Assembly: GCF_001447785.1 (NCBI RefSeq)
Contig: NW_015169181.1
Location: 989,643-1,053,642, forward strand
Origin: Gekko japonicus
Lineage: Eukaryota
Length of the DNA: 64,000 nt
Reading direction: 5' to 3'
The position numbers and the translations under genes were made by a program. Below the pieces are notes generated by a model. The model had not been told where the DNA came from. It searched no databases and was given only the letters and a program-made list of their open reading frames with translations. Below are positions 23,486 through 35,400 of the stretch, in pieces. Numbering within the stretch: position 1 is the stretch's first letter; each line of letters begins with the position of its first letter.

Positions 23486-26400
23486 GTATCGTTTTGGTAG
23501 CTTGACTTCAAGTTTTAAAAACAGATGGCTACCGTGCATGGTGGGCAGGGATTTGAATTTCACAGTGTCTGTGACTGGAGGGAAAACAAGGAGTAGACTT
23601 GGCCAGAAGCAGCACCGAGTACCTGCGCCTTTGCAAAGGAGGGATGGTCTGGAGATTTCACGAGCAACATAAGTCCACAGGAAGAGCCCTGGGGGGCTAC
23701 GCGGAGTAAAGACCAAAGGCCCACCTCCTAGGGAAGTTCCCTTTTCCCGTTTTGTTAGATTATCATCTTGATTTATTTCTATTGCTCATTTTCCTTTAGT
23801 CCAACAGGAAGGCTGTGCTGTCTGTTTCTCATCTGCTGTGCTCTTCTGCCTCTCTCTCTCCCCTGGCCTCCCGCTGGACTTCACCAGAAGTCGATCTGTT
23901 GCAAGAGTAGTTTGCCCGTACTGGTTGGAAAGCTTAGGTGTCCGTTTCAGAACTATTGCTCTCCCGTCTCCACCCCCCCAAAAAAACCCTCCCATTCAAC
24001 CAGATTGCTAGGCAATGGGGGGGGGGAAATGTAATTGGTTCATGTTTCTGTTTACAACACATAATGCAATAAATGCGTCTTTTTCAGTTCCCCACTTTGT
24101 CTCAGGGGGTGGTTAGGGAATGAAAGCACATCCCTACCATTTAGTCTGGAAAGCGTCTGCCTTGATCCAGGGAAGTCAGTGTGTGCCACTGCAAGTGCCT
24201 TCAAGGTCCCGATCTCGAGGACTGACACTGCACTCTTGTTATCCCACCAGGAGGGAAGAGGGCCCTCCAGTCCAGCTCTCTGGTGGGTCGGTGACCGAGG
24301 AGAGGAAGTGAGGTGGAGTTTTGAGGAGCTGGTGGCTGGATCCAAGAAAGCGGCCAATGTGCTTTCTGAGCAATGTGGCCTGCGGAAGGGAGACCGCGTT
24401 ATAGTGATCCTGCCGCGGATACCCGCGTGGTGGCTCTTGAATGTGGCTTGTATGCGAACAGGTGAGCCAGAACGACCTTTGTTTACTGAGCCAGGTGTCA
24501 CTTGGAAAGGAAGATCATGGGGCCCCACCGAGGCTGCCTTATACTCAGCCAGCCCACTGTCCGTCATGGTCAAGTTGCCGACTCCAGCTAGCAGCCGCTC
24601 TCTGGGGTCTCCAGCAGAGGCCTCTTTCATCACCAACTACCTGATAGGTTTTTTTGAGTCCAGTGGCATCTTTAAGACCAGGAAACTTTTATTCTGGGTA
24701 TAAACTTTCGTGTGCAGGCACACACTTCTTCAGATACACACAAAAGCTTCTGCCCAGAATTAAACTTTGTTGGTCTTAAAGGGACCACTGGTCTCAAGCT
24801 TTGTTCTGTTGCTTCAGACCAACACAGCTTTCTACCTGAATCCTCTTAAGTTAAGATGCCAGGGATTGAACCTGGGACTATCTGCATGCAAAACTGATGC
24901 TCTGCCGCTGAGCCCAGGGCTGCTCCACTCATGTATTCTGTGTCTGGGAGAGGGGGAAAGAGGATCACTCTGACTGTGAATATGGGAGAAAGATACCGTC
25001 TGCTCAGGTAAAGGTAAAGGTTCCCTTGCTCGAAAGCCAGTCGAAGCCGACTCTAGGGTTGCGGTGCTCATCTCCGTTTCCAAGCCGAAGAGCCAGCGCT
25101 GTCCGAAGACATTTCCGTGGTCATGTGGCCGGCATGACTAAACACCAAGGCGCATGGAACGCTGTTACCTTCCCACCAAAGTGGTACCTATTTATCTACT
25201 TGCAATGTCTTGCTTTCGAACTGCTAGGTTGGCAGGAGCTGGAACTATAGACGGGAGCTCACTCCGTCATGCGGCACACTCGGGTCTCGAACTGCTGAAC
25301 TACCGACCTTCCACAGCCTGCAGTTCAGCGTCTTAACCACTTAAGCCACCACAGCTCCTCAGGACTCTGCTCAGGACTGCCTTCTAAATTCTGTAGCTGC
25401 TCCCTCCAAAACCTGGAAGCAAGGAACACCTTATCTTCCCAATTTGCTCTCTCTCTCTCTATTAGGAACCGTTCTTATTCCCGGGACGACGCAGCTGACT
25501 GCAAAAGACATTCTGCACCGACTGCAGGCATCCCGAGCCAAGTGCATTATCACTGATGGAGTTTTGGCCCCAGCTGTAGACAGTGTAGCTTCCAAATGCC
25601 CGTCTCTAGCATCCAAGCTAATAGTGTCAAGGGACCACCGGGATGGCTGGCTCAGTTTCTGTGACTTGTTGAAGTACGTACCAGCTTTTCATCCTGGCGA
25701 CATGGGATGCTTCTCCTGGGAGATGGTGTTCAGAATTTGCTGGCTACTGCAGCTAGGCAACATCTTCCTGCTTGCGCCCAACCAAAGATGTGGCTCTCTA
25801 ACAATGTTCCCTTCTTTGGGGACATTTCTTTCACTGTCTGTGAACACTCAGGACAAAACTGTAGTTGTCCTTTTCCCCAAACACATTAACAACATTTGAT
25901 AGAAGAACTGCCGTTTAAAATTGTTGGCTGTTTTTTCATCCGTTGCCTGTAAATGGCTTGTGGTGTAACAGAAACAAACAAAAACAGGACATTTGCCTTG
26001 GCCGGATGTAGGCAGGATGGGAAAGGACCATGCACCAAAAGGACAGGGGAATCGCATTTCTGTGCACCCGAGTGATCCCCTCAGCTTTACAGCAGTCCCT
26101 GAGTATGAACCAGGCTGAGCAGACTGCAACAATGAAAAGTTTGAATGAAATGACATTTTCATCCCACCCTTTCTCTCTCTTTTTTTTTAACTGCCCTCCA
26201 AAGGGGCAGGATTTTATTACATTTTCCACATAACATACATAAACAATCATAACCTATACATACATATACTAACATACAAACAAATACATGGAGGTTATTC
26301 TTAATTCTACCAATATTTATACTAATACCTATTCCGCCTTAATAACAATTTCTCATGAACTGTGTAAGCAACTTTTCATCCCACCCTTTCTCCAAGGAAT

Positions 26401-29400
26401 ACAGGACAATGTACATGGTTCTCTCCTCCTCCATTTTAGTCTCACAGCAACCCTGCAGGGTAGGTTATGCTAAGAGAGAGTGGCTGGGCTAAGGCTGCCC
26501 ACGGGATGTCAAGATGAAGTGAGCTCTGACGCCAGGCCGCCCAACTTCAAGTACAGCATTCCGGCCGCTACACTGCATGCAATCTAGAAGTAGGGGGGGT
26601 CTCGTGAAGTCATCACCATTATTACCACTGCTTTATGAACGCACATGCTTTTATCTCGCGCATCTCTATGTCCTGCAGCCTTGCACCTGCCGACCACAAG
26701 TGTGTGGCCACCAAGAGCTGTGAGCCAATGGCGATCTACTTCACCAGCGGCACAACAGGTGCTCCCAAAATGGCTGAGCATTCCCACAGCAGCCAGGGAA
26801 TTGGACTTGCTCTCAACGGCAGGTAGGCAAGGCATGGTACTCTGGGTGTGTGCGGTGTTTTCTAGCTTCTTATGTCCTGATCAATGTTTCCTCTAAGCTC
26901 CACAGCACTGTGAGCAAAAATTCTACCTCGTAAGCAAAAAACCCTAGTAGCATTACAGATTTGAGTGAGTCTACATTTGACTTTTGCATATTCTTTTAAA
27001 CTACATTTTAAGAATGATTTAATTATAAGAGAAGACAGAATCGTCAAATTTCATTACAGAAAAGGTTGTCCTCTATGGGGGTAGACGAGGCCTCTGGAGA
27101 ACAGGTCTACTGACCCACCCCTTTCCACTATATTGGTAGACCTGGCCTTCAGAGAACAGAGGGAAGGGGAAACACTTGCCGTCTACTTTGGGTTTGTTTG
27201 TTTTTTAGTGAAATATGAGAAATTACAGGTCAAGTATAACAGAGGTGGAACAATCACTGTCAAAACCCTGCCTAACCTAACAAACAGGAAGTTGCTTAAA
27301 TGTTATCAACCTGCCCAAACTGCTTATTTATTTAAATATTTATATCCCACTTTCCCCTGTGACTCAAGGCAGCTTACAAATCATACTGAAAAGCACAGTA
27401 ACACCCGCTGGTGTTAGAGAGCCCCTGGCTGCATGGACATGACCGTTACATTTTGTGGGATGAAGGGAAAGTACAGTTCATCTCCCCTCGGTGCCAAGAG
27501 CACCGCTGGAACACGCAATGGGGGCCCCAACCGGTCCTGGAAAACCCTAGGGCGTGTTTGGCCCAAGAGGAATTACAATCCATTCTCCCCGAATACTGGG
27601 ACTTGGCTAGGGTTTTTGAAGAAGAAGAAGCTGATGAGCTCCCCCCCATAGACATTCAGACTGTAGTATCGAGTTACTGCCGGGTCACAAATTACCTAAG
27701 GGGCGCATTTATGCGATGGGGCCGGCAGAAAAGGATGAACTGCATAAGTTTATCGACAAGAACCTGGCAAGGGGTTTCATCCGACCAGCCTCCTCCCCAT
27801 TTGCTGCCCCAGTGCTGTTCCGGAAAAAGGACGGGGGCTTACGGTTGTGCACGAATTATCGGGGGTTAAATGCTGTGTCATCGACTAATGCCTACCCCAT
27901 GCCCCTCATCAAGGATTTACTAGCTGAGGCGGCTAAAGGGAAGGTCTTTTCAAAACTAGACCTCCGAGATGCCTACTTTCGGGTTCGCATCCGGGAGGGG
28001 GACGAACACAAGACTGCCTTTACTACGCCCCTCGGCAAGTTCGAATACCGCGTGATGCCATTTGGTCTTCAGGGGGCTCTGGGGGTCTTCATGAACTTGA
28101 TTAACGAAGTATTCCACAAGCACCTGTTTAAGGGGGCCCTTATTTACCTAGATAATATTTTGCTGTATTCCCCCGACCTCCCCTCTCACGTGAAGTTGGT
28201 GAGGGAAGTTCTGATGACATTGCACAAGCACAAACTGTTCACGAAACTTTCCAAATGTGAGTTTCATAAGTCACACGTTGACTTCCTGGGGTATCGGATA
28301 AGGGTTTGGAAATGGACCCAGGGAAGGTCTGCAATGTGCTGGATGGGAGACCCTCCGCACCCGCCGCCAATTATAAGCCTTCCTCGGTTTCGCAAATTTT
28401 TACCGAAATTTCCTACCCAATTTTGCTCAAATCAGTTTGCCCCTCACTGACTTGTTAAAAACGAAAGGGAAGGGTCCGGAGGCTACCAAGCCAGGGGCGG
28501 CGCTTACTTGGAGCAAAGAGTGCCAGGAGGCTTTTGACCCCCTTAAATCCCTGTTCACACCTGAACCCGTATTAGCCCCCCCCGATGAAAATAAAAAACA
28601 CATTGTTCAAGTCGACGCCTCTAACATAGCTATGGGGGGCGATCTTGCAAGAGGGGGCTGACGGGTTACTGCACCCCCTCGCTTACATTTCCAGAAAGTT
28701 TAATGACACTGAGCAGAACTGGTCGGTTTGGGAAAAGGAGGTGGGGACGATCCGGTTTGCGCTCGCTACCTGGAGGCACTGGTTGGAGGGGGCCCGAGTC
28801 CTGTTTGAGGTGTGGACTGATCACAAAAACTTGAAAATGCTTAAAACACCTCGGAGCCTCTATGCCAAGCAGCTCCGGTGGGCTGATTTCTTTTCCAAGT
28901 TTCAATTCACCCTTCATCATTTCCCCGGTTCTGCGAACTCCCTCGCTGATGCCCTGTCCCGCCTCCCGCAGCACGACAGCCAATGGGAGGTGATTCTGGA
29001 TTCTATGTTTATGCTCTCTCAATTCGGCGGGGCAGTGACTACGCGAAGCCATTCCAGGCCCTCCCCACCTGCTTCGCAACCTGACCCTGCTATCCACCCC
29101 CCTGCCACTCCCAGCGGGAACCATTGGAACAGTAGGTATATCGCCGCCTTCTCGGAGGGCGACGAGGCGGAGGTGGAAGCAAAAGGGGGGTTGGAAGTCA
29201 AACCCGATGGGTGTTGGTACCGCGGCAACAAACTGTTTCACATTCCCTACGGGGGGAAGTATTGAACGCGGTACATGGATCAAAATTGGCCGGTCACCCT
29301 GGGTTTGTTAAATCCCTGCAGCTGCTGCAAACACAACTTTGGTGGCCGCAGATGCAAAAGGATTTGTCAGCGTTTGTGAAATCGTGCCAGACTTGCGGCA

Positions 29401-32400
29401 TGTGCAAGTCCAGACCGGGGAAACCCCCCGGATTGTTGCAACCTCTCCCAACTCCAAGTAGGCCGTGGGAGGCGATCTCCATGGACTTTATCACGGATTT
29501 ACCCCTGAGTAAGACTGTGTCGGTCATTTGGGTGGTTGTGGACTTATTCTCTAAGCAAGCACATTTTGTCCCATTCGCCTCCCTACCCATGGCAAAAGCG
29601 CTGGCAAAGGCTTCCTTGCACCACGTGGTCAATCTCCACATGCTCCCAGCTAAAGTCATCTCCAATAGGGGGCCCCAGTTCGTTTCCCGATTTTGGGGGG
29701 AGCTTATAAAACTTATGGGAACTGAACCTGCATTAAGCAGTGCTTATCATCCCAAGACTGATGGACAGACGGAACGTGTAAATCAAACTTTGGAACAATA
29801 TATGCGCTGCTTCACTAACTATCAACAAGATGATTGGGCGGATCTCCTACCCCTTGCCGAGTTTTGTTATAACAACACGTATCATTCGTCTACAGGAATG
29901 TCCCCTTTTAAAGCGTTGTATGGTTATGAAAGCCCCCCCGGTACCATTCTTGGAGGGACCCATTGACTTGGGGATGGGGGATGCTGCACAATGGTGTCAA
30001 CACCTGAAGGACTCTTGGCCTTTATAGCTTGCAGCACCATCTCTGGGATCGCTTGGATTACTTCCTCAAGTTCCCGTCTCAGTTGGCGCCTGTCCCTTTC
30101 CACCGCCTCCAGGCGATGGGCCAATTCCAGTCCCTCGTCTGGGGAAGAGCGCCCACTTCGTGCCCTGGAGCGGTCTGTCACCCAGGGCCCGAGCAGCGGT
30201 TCCAGGACTCCCCCTAACGAGGGGAAGCCCCCTGCGGCTCCGGGGGCCCCGTGGAGCATAGATGCAAAGCCCACATCAAACCGGCTGTCCCTTTGGGGCT
30301 CCTGTGTGAGTGCGCACGTTTCCGTCATTGAGTCTGGATTAAAGTGGCCCCACCTTAACGAATTCAGTCGATACCCCTGCCCGGGCAGTTGCCTCGGTCC
30401 GCAGGGGGTCAGGAAAAGGTAGGTCGAGGTCGTTTTAGGTACGGTTCCCAGCCCCGTTTCCTTCCACGGGGTAGTCACCGGTGGTGTGGTCTGGGTGGTG
30501 GGGGTTTCCCCCCCAGTCGTTGTTGGAGGTTTCTCCTCTTCGTCGCTCATCTCAGGTGGCGAGACACGTAGGTAGAGAAGGTGAGATTCCTAACAGAATG
30601 TCGGGTTCCACAGCCAAACAAAGGAGTACACGCTTAACATAAGGTTATACTGTATTGCAAGAGCTATGGAGGCAGTAACATAGTCACTGTTAGGAATGGC
30701 TACTTTCCTACAAGCATAAAGGGATATAGGGTATTCGTATGCACACACCCCCACTCCTAGGCCAATCGGCCTGACTCCTGCACGCGGGAGAATGGGGCCC
30801 CAGGCCGTTACAGCCAAAGCTGGGAATCGAAACCTATCCCATGGGTAATAGATGGGGAGACACTACGCACACAGCTAGCTAGGAAGGTCATAGATAAGCA
30901 AGGACAAAGGAATGTGGCATCAGTTGGTACACAGGTCAAGCAGCTGCACTTATTGAGATATATGTCTGATAGAGGTAGCAAGCAGTTACTATAGATCAGT
31001 TTGATCTGTCTGTCAAGTCTAGCTGTCAGGCTAGTAACCATGTAATTGCAGACAGGTGTTTCTAACAGGTGTTACTCTTTCAAGTCTTGTTATAGTGATT
31101 ACGTCACCTTGTTAGAGATTGGCTGGGGTTCAGCATAATAGCTATCAGCTTGGTAAGCTAGGGGGGACTTAGTTCTCATAGACTAAGGCACGGCATGCTG
31201 TTCTATAGCCTGTATATATCTCTGTATATATTCACCTTTATAACTTTATAAACTCTCTGTGCACTTTCATAACTGGTCAGTCTCCAGCTTCTTATTTACA
31301 ATACCCAATAGCACTCTCACCCATAAACATCATGGCAGCATAGCTGACAGTTTATTTGTTACTCTAGAGACTCTAGGCTCAGCCGCTCAGCCCTCAAGTT
31401 CTGCATCCAAACCCTGCCCTGATCTCAAAGCTGTTTCATGTTGGTGGTAGCCCCATCAATGGGGCTTCTCTGAAGGAATTACACATCCTGTACATTTTTA
31501 AAATTCTTGAGGCACAGTGCAACAGAAAGCTTTCTGGTATACTGTCAACTTCAGCACTCATCTTCCGCCCATGGCTTGGTATAAAAATACCTTTGTGTGT
31601 TCGATGTTTTGCAAGTCAGCAATTTCAAGTTTTGAGCCTCGTCCTACGTGACAAATCCTGCAACCTTTACAGCAGAACAAGTTTTGAGTCCAGTGGCACC
31701 TTTAAGTTTTATTCACCGTTGAGATCAACAAAGTTTTATTCTGGATATAAGCTTTTGTGTGCATGCACAGTATGTGCGCATGAAAGCTTACGCCCAGAAT
31801 AAAACTTTGTGGGTCTTAAAGCTGCCACTGGACTCAAACTTTGTTCTGCTGCTTCAGACCAACACAGCTACCCACCTGAATCAATCTTCACCCCAGTTAA
31901 CAGCAACATACATCTGCTTCCTGTTCCCTAGGTACTGGCTTGATCTAACCCCCAAGGACCTGATTTGGAACTCTTCTGACACCGGCTGGGCAAAATCCGC
32001 ATGGAGCAGTGTTTTTGCACCATGGAGCCAGGGGGCTGGCGTCTTCGTCCACAGCATGCCACGTTTCGAGCCCAAGCCTGTCCTTGAAGTATGTGACAAG
32101 CCCATGGGCACTTCCCTAAGAACAGGGCTTTTCCTCAAAGTCAGTGATAGTCAGCCGGGGCTAGTGGTCTGAGCATCAGACGAGGGCCCCAGTACGAATC
32201 CACACTTGGCCACAAAGCTCACTGGGTGATCTTGGGCCAGTCAGACCCATTCAGCCTAATCTGCCTAATGGGGGAGGTTTTGACAATAAAAGTGGGACAG
32301 AACTTTGTAGACCTCCCTGAGGTCTGAGGGGGAAGGACAGAATTAAAATGTGCTGCCCTGATATGGGGATGAATCCTTGCTGGCGTGTTGAGAATGCCGG

Positions 32401-35400
32401 TTGAACTGATCTGTAGTACCTCTAGCTTGCTGATCTCGAACAGATCTTGGAAGCTAAGCCTTGATTTGTATGTGGATGGGAGACCACCAAGGAAGTCCCA
32501 GGACTGTTGCGCAGGAGCAGGCAATGGCAAACCGTCTCTGTTTGTCTCTTGCCTTGAAAACCTATTTTGTTCAAGTCAGGGGTGAAAGAGGGGGATTCCT
32601 TTGTCCCCGTTATTATTTAATATCGCGATGGATCCACTGATTTCGGAGTTGGAGAATTTAGATGGGGGTTTCGAGGTAGGAATAAGAGGATTTCCGTCCT
32701 GGCGTTTGCAGATGATCTGGCGATATTAAGTAAGGATTGGGCCCATATGGCCCAGTTCCTGAAAGTGGTAGAAACATTCTGTGCTCTCTCTGGTTTGAAG
32801 GTGCAGGCGGAGAAATGTCATGGGCTTTTTATAGCACCTAGTAAAGGTTCTTATGTGGTTAATAATTGTGAAGAATGGTCAGTGGGAGGAGAGAGGCTCC
32901 ATACGATCCCACCTGGCAGTGAGGGGCAGGATCTGGGAGCCGACCTGGACCCGTGGAGGGGAGTCTGTAAGATCAAGACACTGAGTAAATTGGATTCCTG
33001 GTTGATGAAGATCGACTGGGCACCTCTTAAGCCGGCGCGAAAAATCGACCTCCTCACCCTATATATCCTGCCTAGGCTACTATATCTGGCTGACCAGGCG
33101 GATGCGTCATTCATCAAGCCTGAGCCCGATTGATGATTTAATTCGGGGATTCGTGAAAAGATGGTTGCACCTTCCAAGGTGCACCACCAATAGTTTATTA
33201 TATTCTCAGATACGAGATGGAGGCTTAGGTATCGTGTGTTTAGAGAGACTGGTGCCGTCTATCCAGTTGAGACGTCTGTGGAGGGTTGCACAATCAGATG
33301 AAGAAGTAGTAAGAGATTTGTGTTTATTGGGCGGAGTGCAGGAGAAATTTGAGAGACTCTGGTCAAAGCTGGGAGGATTGTTGGATGAGGTTCCGGAGCT
33401 CTTGAAATCGAGAGAAGATCACGTGGAAAGCAGTGAAAGTTGGTTTGGTAGATTGAGAGATTATCGGGATGAGGAATTTGAGAGATGGACATTACTTGTT
33501 TGTCAGGGCAGTGGTGTCCAGCTATTTGGGAATGATGACATCAGTAATTCGTGGTTAAGAGATAGGAGGGACTTTTCATGTAGGCACCTTGAAGATGAGG
33601 GCGAATGTGGTTCCAACTAGGGAATATTGTGCAAGAGGAGGACAAAGCGCTGTTAGGAAATGTAGGCATTGTGAGGCAAAGGTGGAGTCGCTGTCGCACA
33701 TCTTGGGACAATGCCCAAGTGTGCAGAGGATGCGAATCTCCAGGCACAATAAGATCTGTGCGTTGCTAGTGGAGGAAGCGTGGAGCCTGGGATGGAAAAT
33801 TTACCATGAGCCACATTTAAGGACTAGGAATAATTTATTAAGGAAGCCGGATTTAGTTTTCGTCAGGGAAGGGAGGGCATTGGTTGTAGATGTAACCATT
33901 CGCTAGGAATATCTTAAAAATGGCTTGACTCGGGCAGCTAAAGAAGTCCTTTACTATTCTGGACCGAAGGAACAAATACGACATCTGACTGGCGCACAGG
34001 AGGTTGAGTTCTATGGATTCCCCGTGGGTGCCAGGGGAAAATGGTGTTCCGTCAATAATTGCCTACTACGGAAATTGGGCATATGCCCAACAAGGAGAAT
34101 TTGGTTTGCAAAGTTGGTGTCACGGAGGGCCTTGCTGTACTCAATAGATATAGGCTTCCTTAATAAGTTATTCCTAGTCCTTAAATGTGGCTCATGGTAA
34201 AGTTTCCATCCCAGATTCCGCGCTTCCTCCACTAGCAACGCACAGATCTTATTGTGTCCGGAGAGAAGTTGGCTGGGACTCCATGGCACTTTCCACCACT
34301 ACCTCTGACTTCTGCTGAAAGGGTTACGCAATGTCTCTCTTCTTTTTCATTGAACGTGATGGTCTATACGTATCTGGGGCTCAGTGCAGTGTGTGATTTT
34401 GTTTTGTTAAACTTTCCACCTTCTATAATCATCTAGACCTTGTCCAGGTTTCCCATAACGACTTTCTGTTCCGCACCTACTGCTTACCGGATGCTTATCC
34501 ANNNNNNNNNNNNNNNNNNNNNNNNNNNNNNNNNNNNNNNNNNNNNNNNNNNNNNNNNNNNNNNNNNNNNNNNNNNNNNNNNNNNNNNNNNNNNNNNNNN
34601 NNNNNNNNNNNNNNNNNNNNNNNNNNNNNNNNNNNNNNNNNNNNNNNNNNNNNNNNNNNNNNNNNNNNNNNNNNNNNNNNNNNNNNNNNNNNNNNNNNNN
34701 NNNNNNNNNNNNNNNNNNNNNNNNNNNNNNNNNNNNNNNNNCCCTAACCATGGATTTGCGGCATGTAAAAAACCAGCCGTCTGGTCAGGCCCTGAGCAAC
34801 GCTTGGGATCTCATCTGCAGGTATATATATGTGAAATCTGGAATGGGTGAAGAGAATGAGCGGTGATCCCCAATGTCTCTGGCACAGGCTCATGAGGATG
34901 GCCTCAGGCCAGCTGCTCTCTGACCTCCCAGCTGCAAGGTGGGGACACAAATACAGGCCTGCACTGCAGCGGTGTTGTCGGGGTCACACAAAGATCATGG
35001 ACCCAGTTCAGAATGGGAACAAGCTTAAACCCACCCTCTTCTGGTGCCACGATCCCAATCCAATCAGGGCCCTGCTCACCTGATCACTGAGCTTAAAAAA
35101 AAAAAAAAAAACACTGGGAGCTGCCACGCCCAGGGCTTGCTGGTTTGGGGCACCTCGTGCAGCTTTTAAGTTTTTGAACAAGTAAAAATAGTAAAGTGGA
35201 TTGGGCGACTGTAGCCACAAGTTTCCTGAACCCCCTGCCCTGGCACTCCTGACATCTCAGAACATAAAATGCAATGCCTTGCCCTGCTTTTCAAAAATGT
35301 AGGCACCAATGTTCCCTCTAAGCTGTGGAGTCTGGTGAGCAAAAATTCTACTTTGTGAGCTACTGCGAGCGATTTCACTACTGCATAAATCAGTTTGCTC

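Noticed and set aside
27716-29966. Domesticated PEG10/RTL-like host gene
   Set aside because: Multiple frameshifts and YLDN in place of YLDD indicate a decayed transposon.
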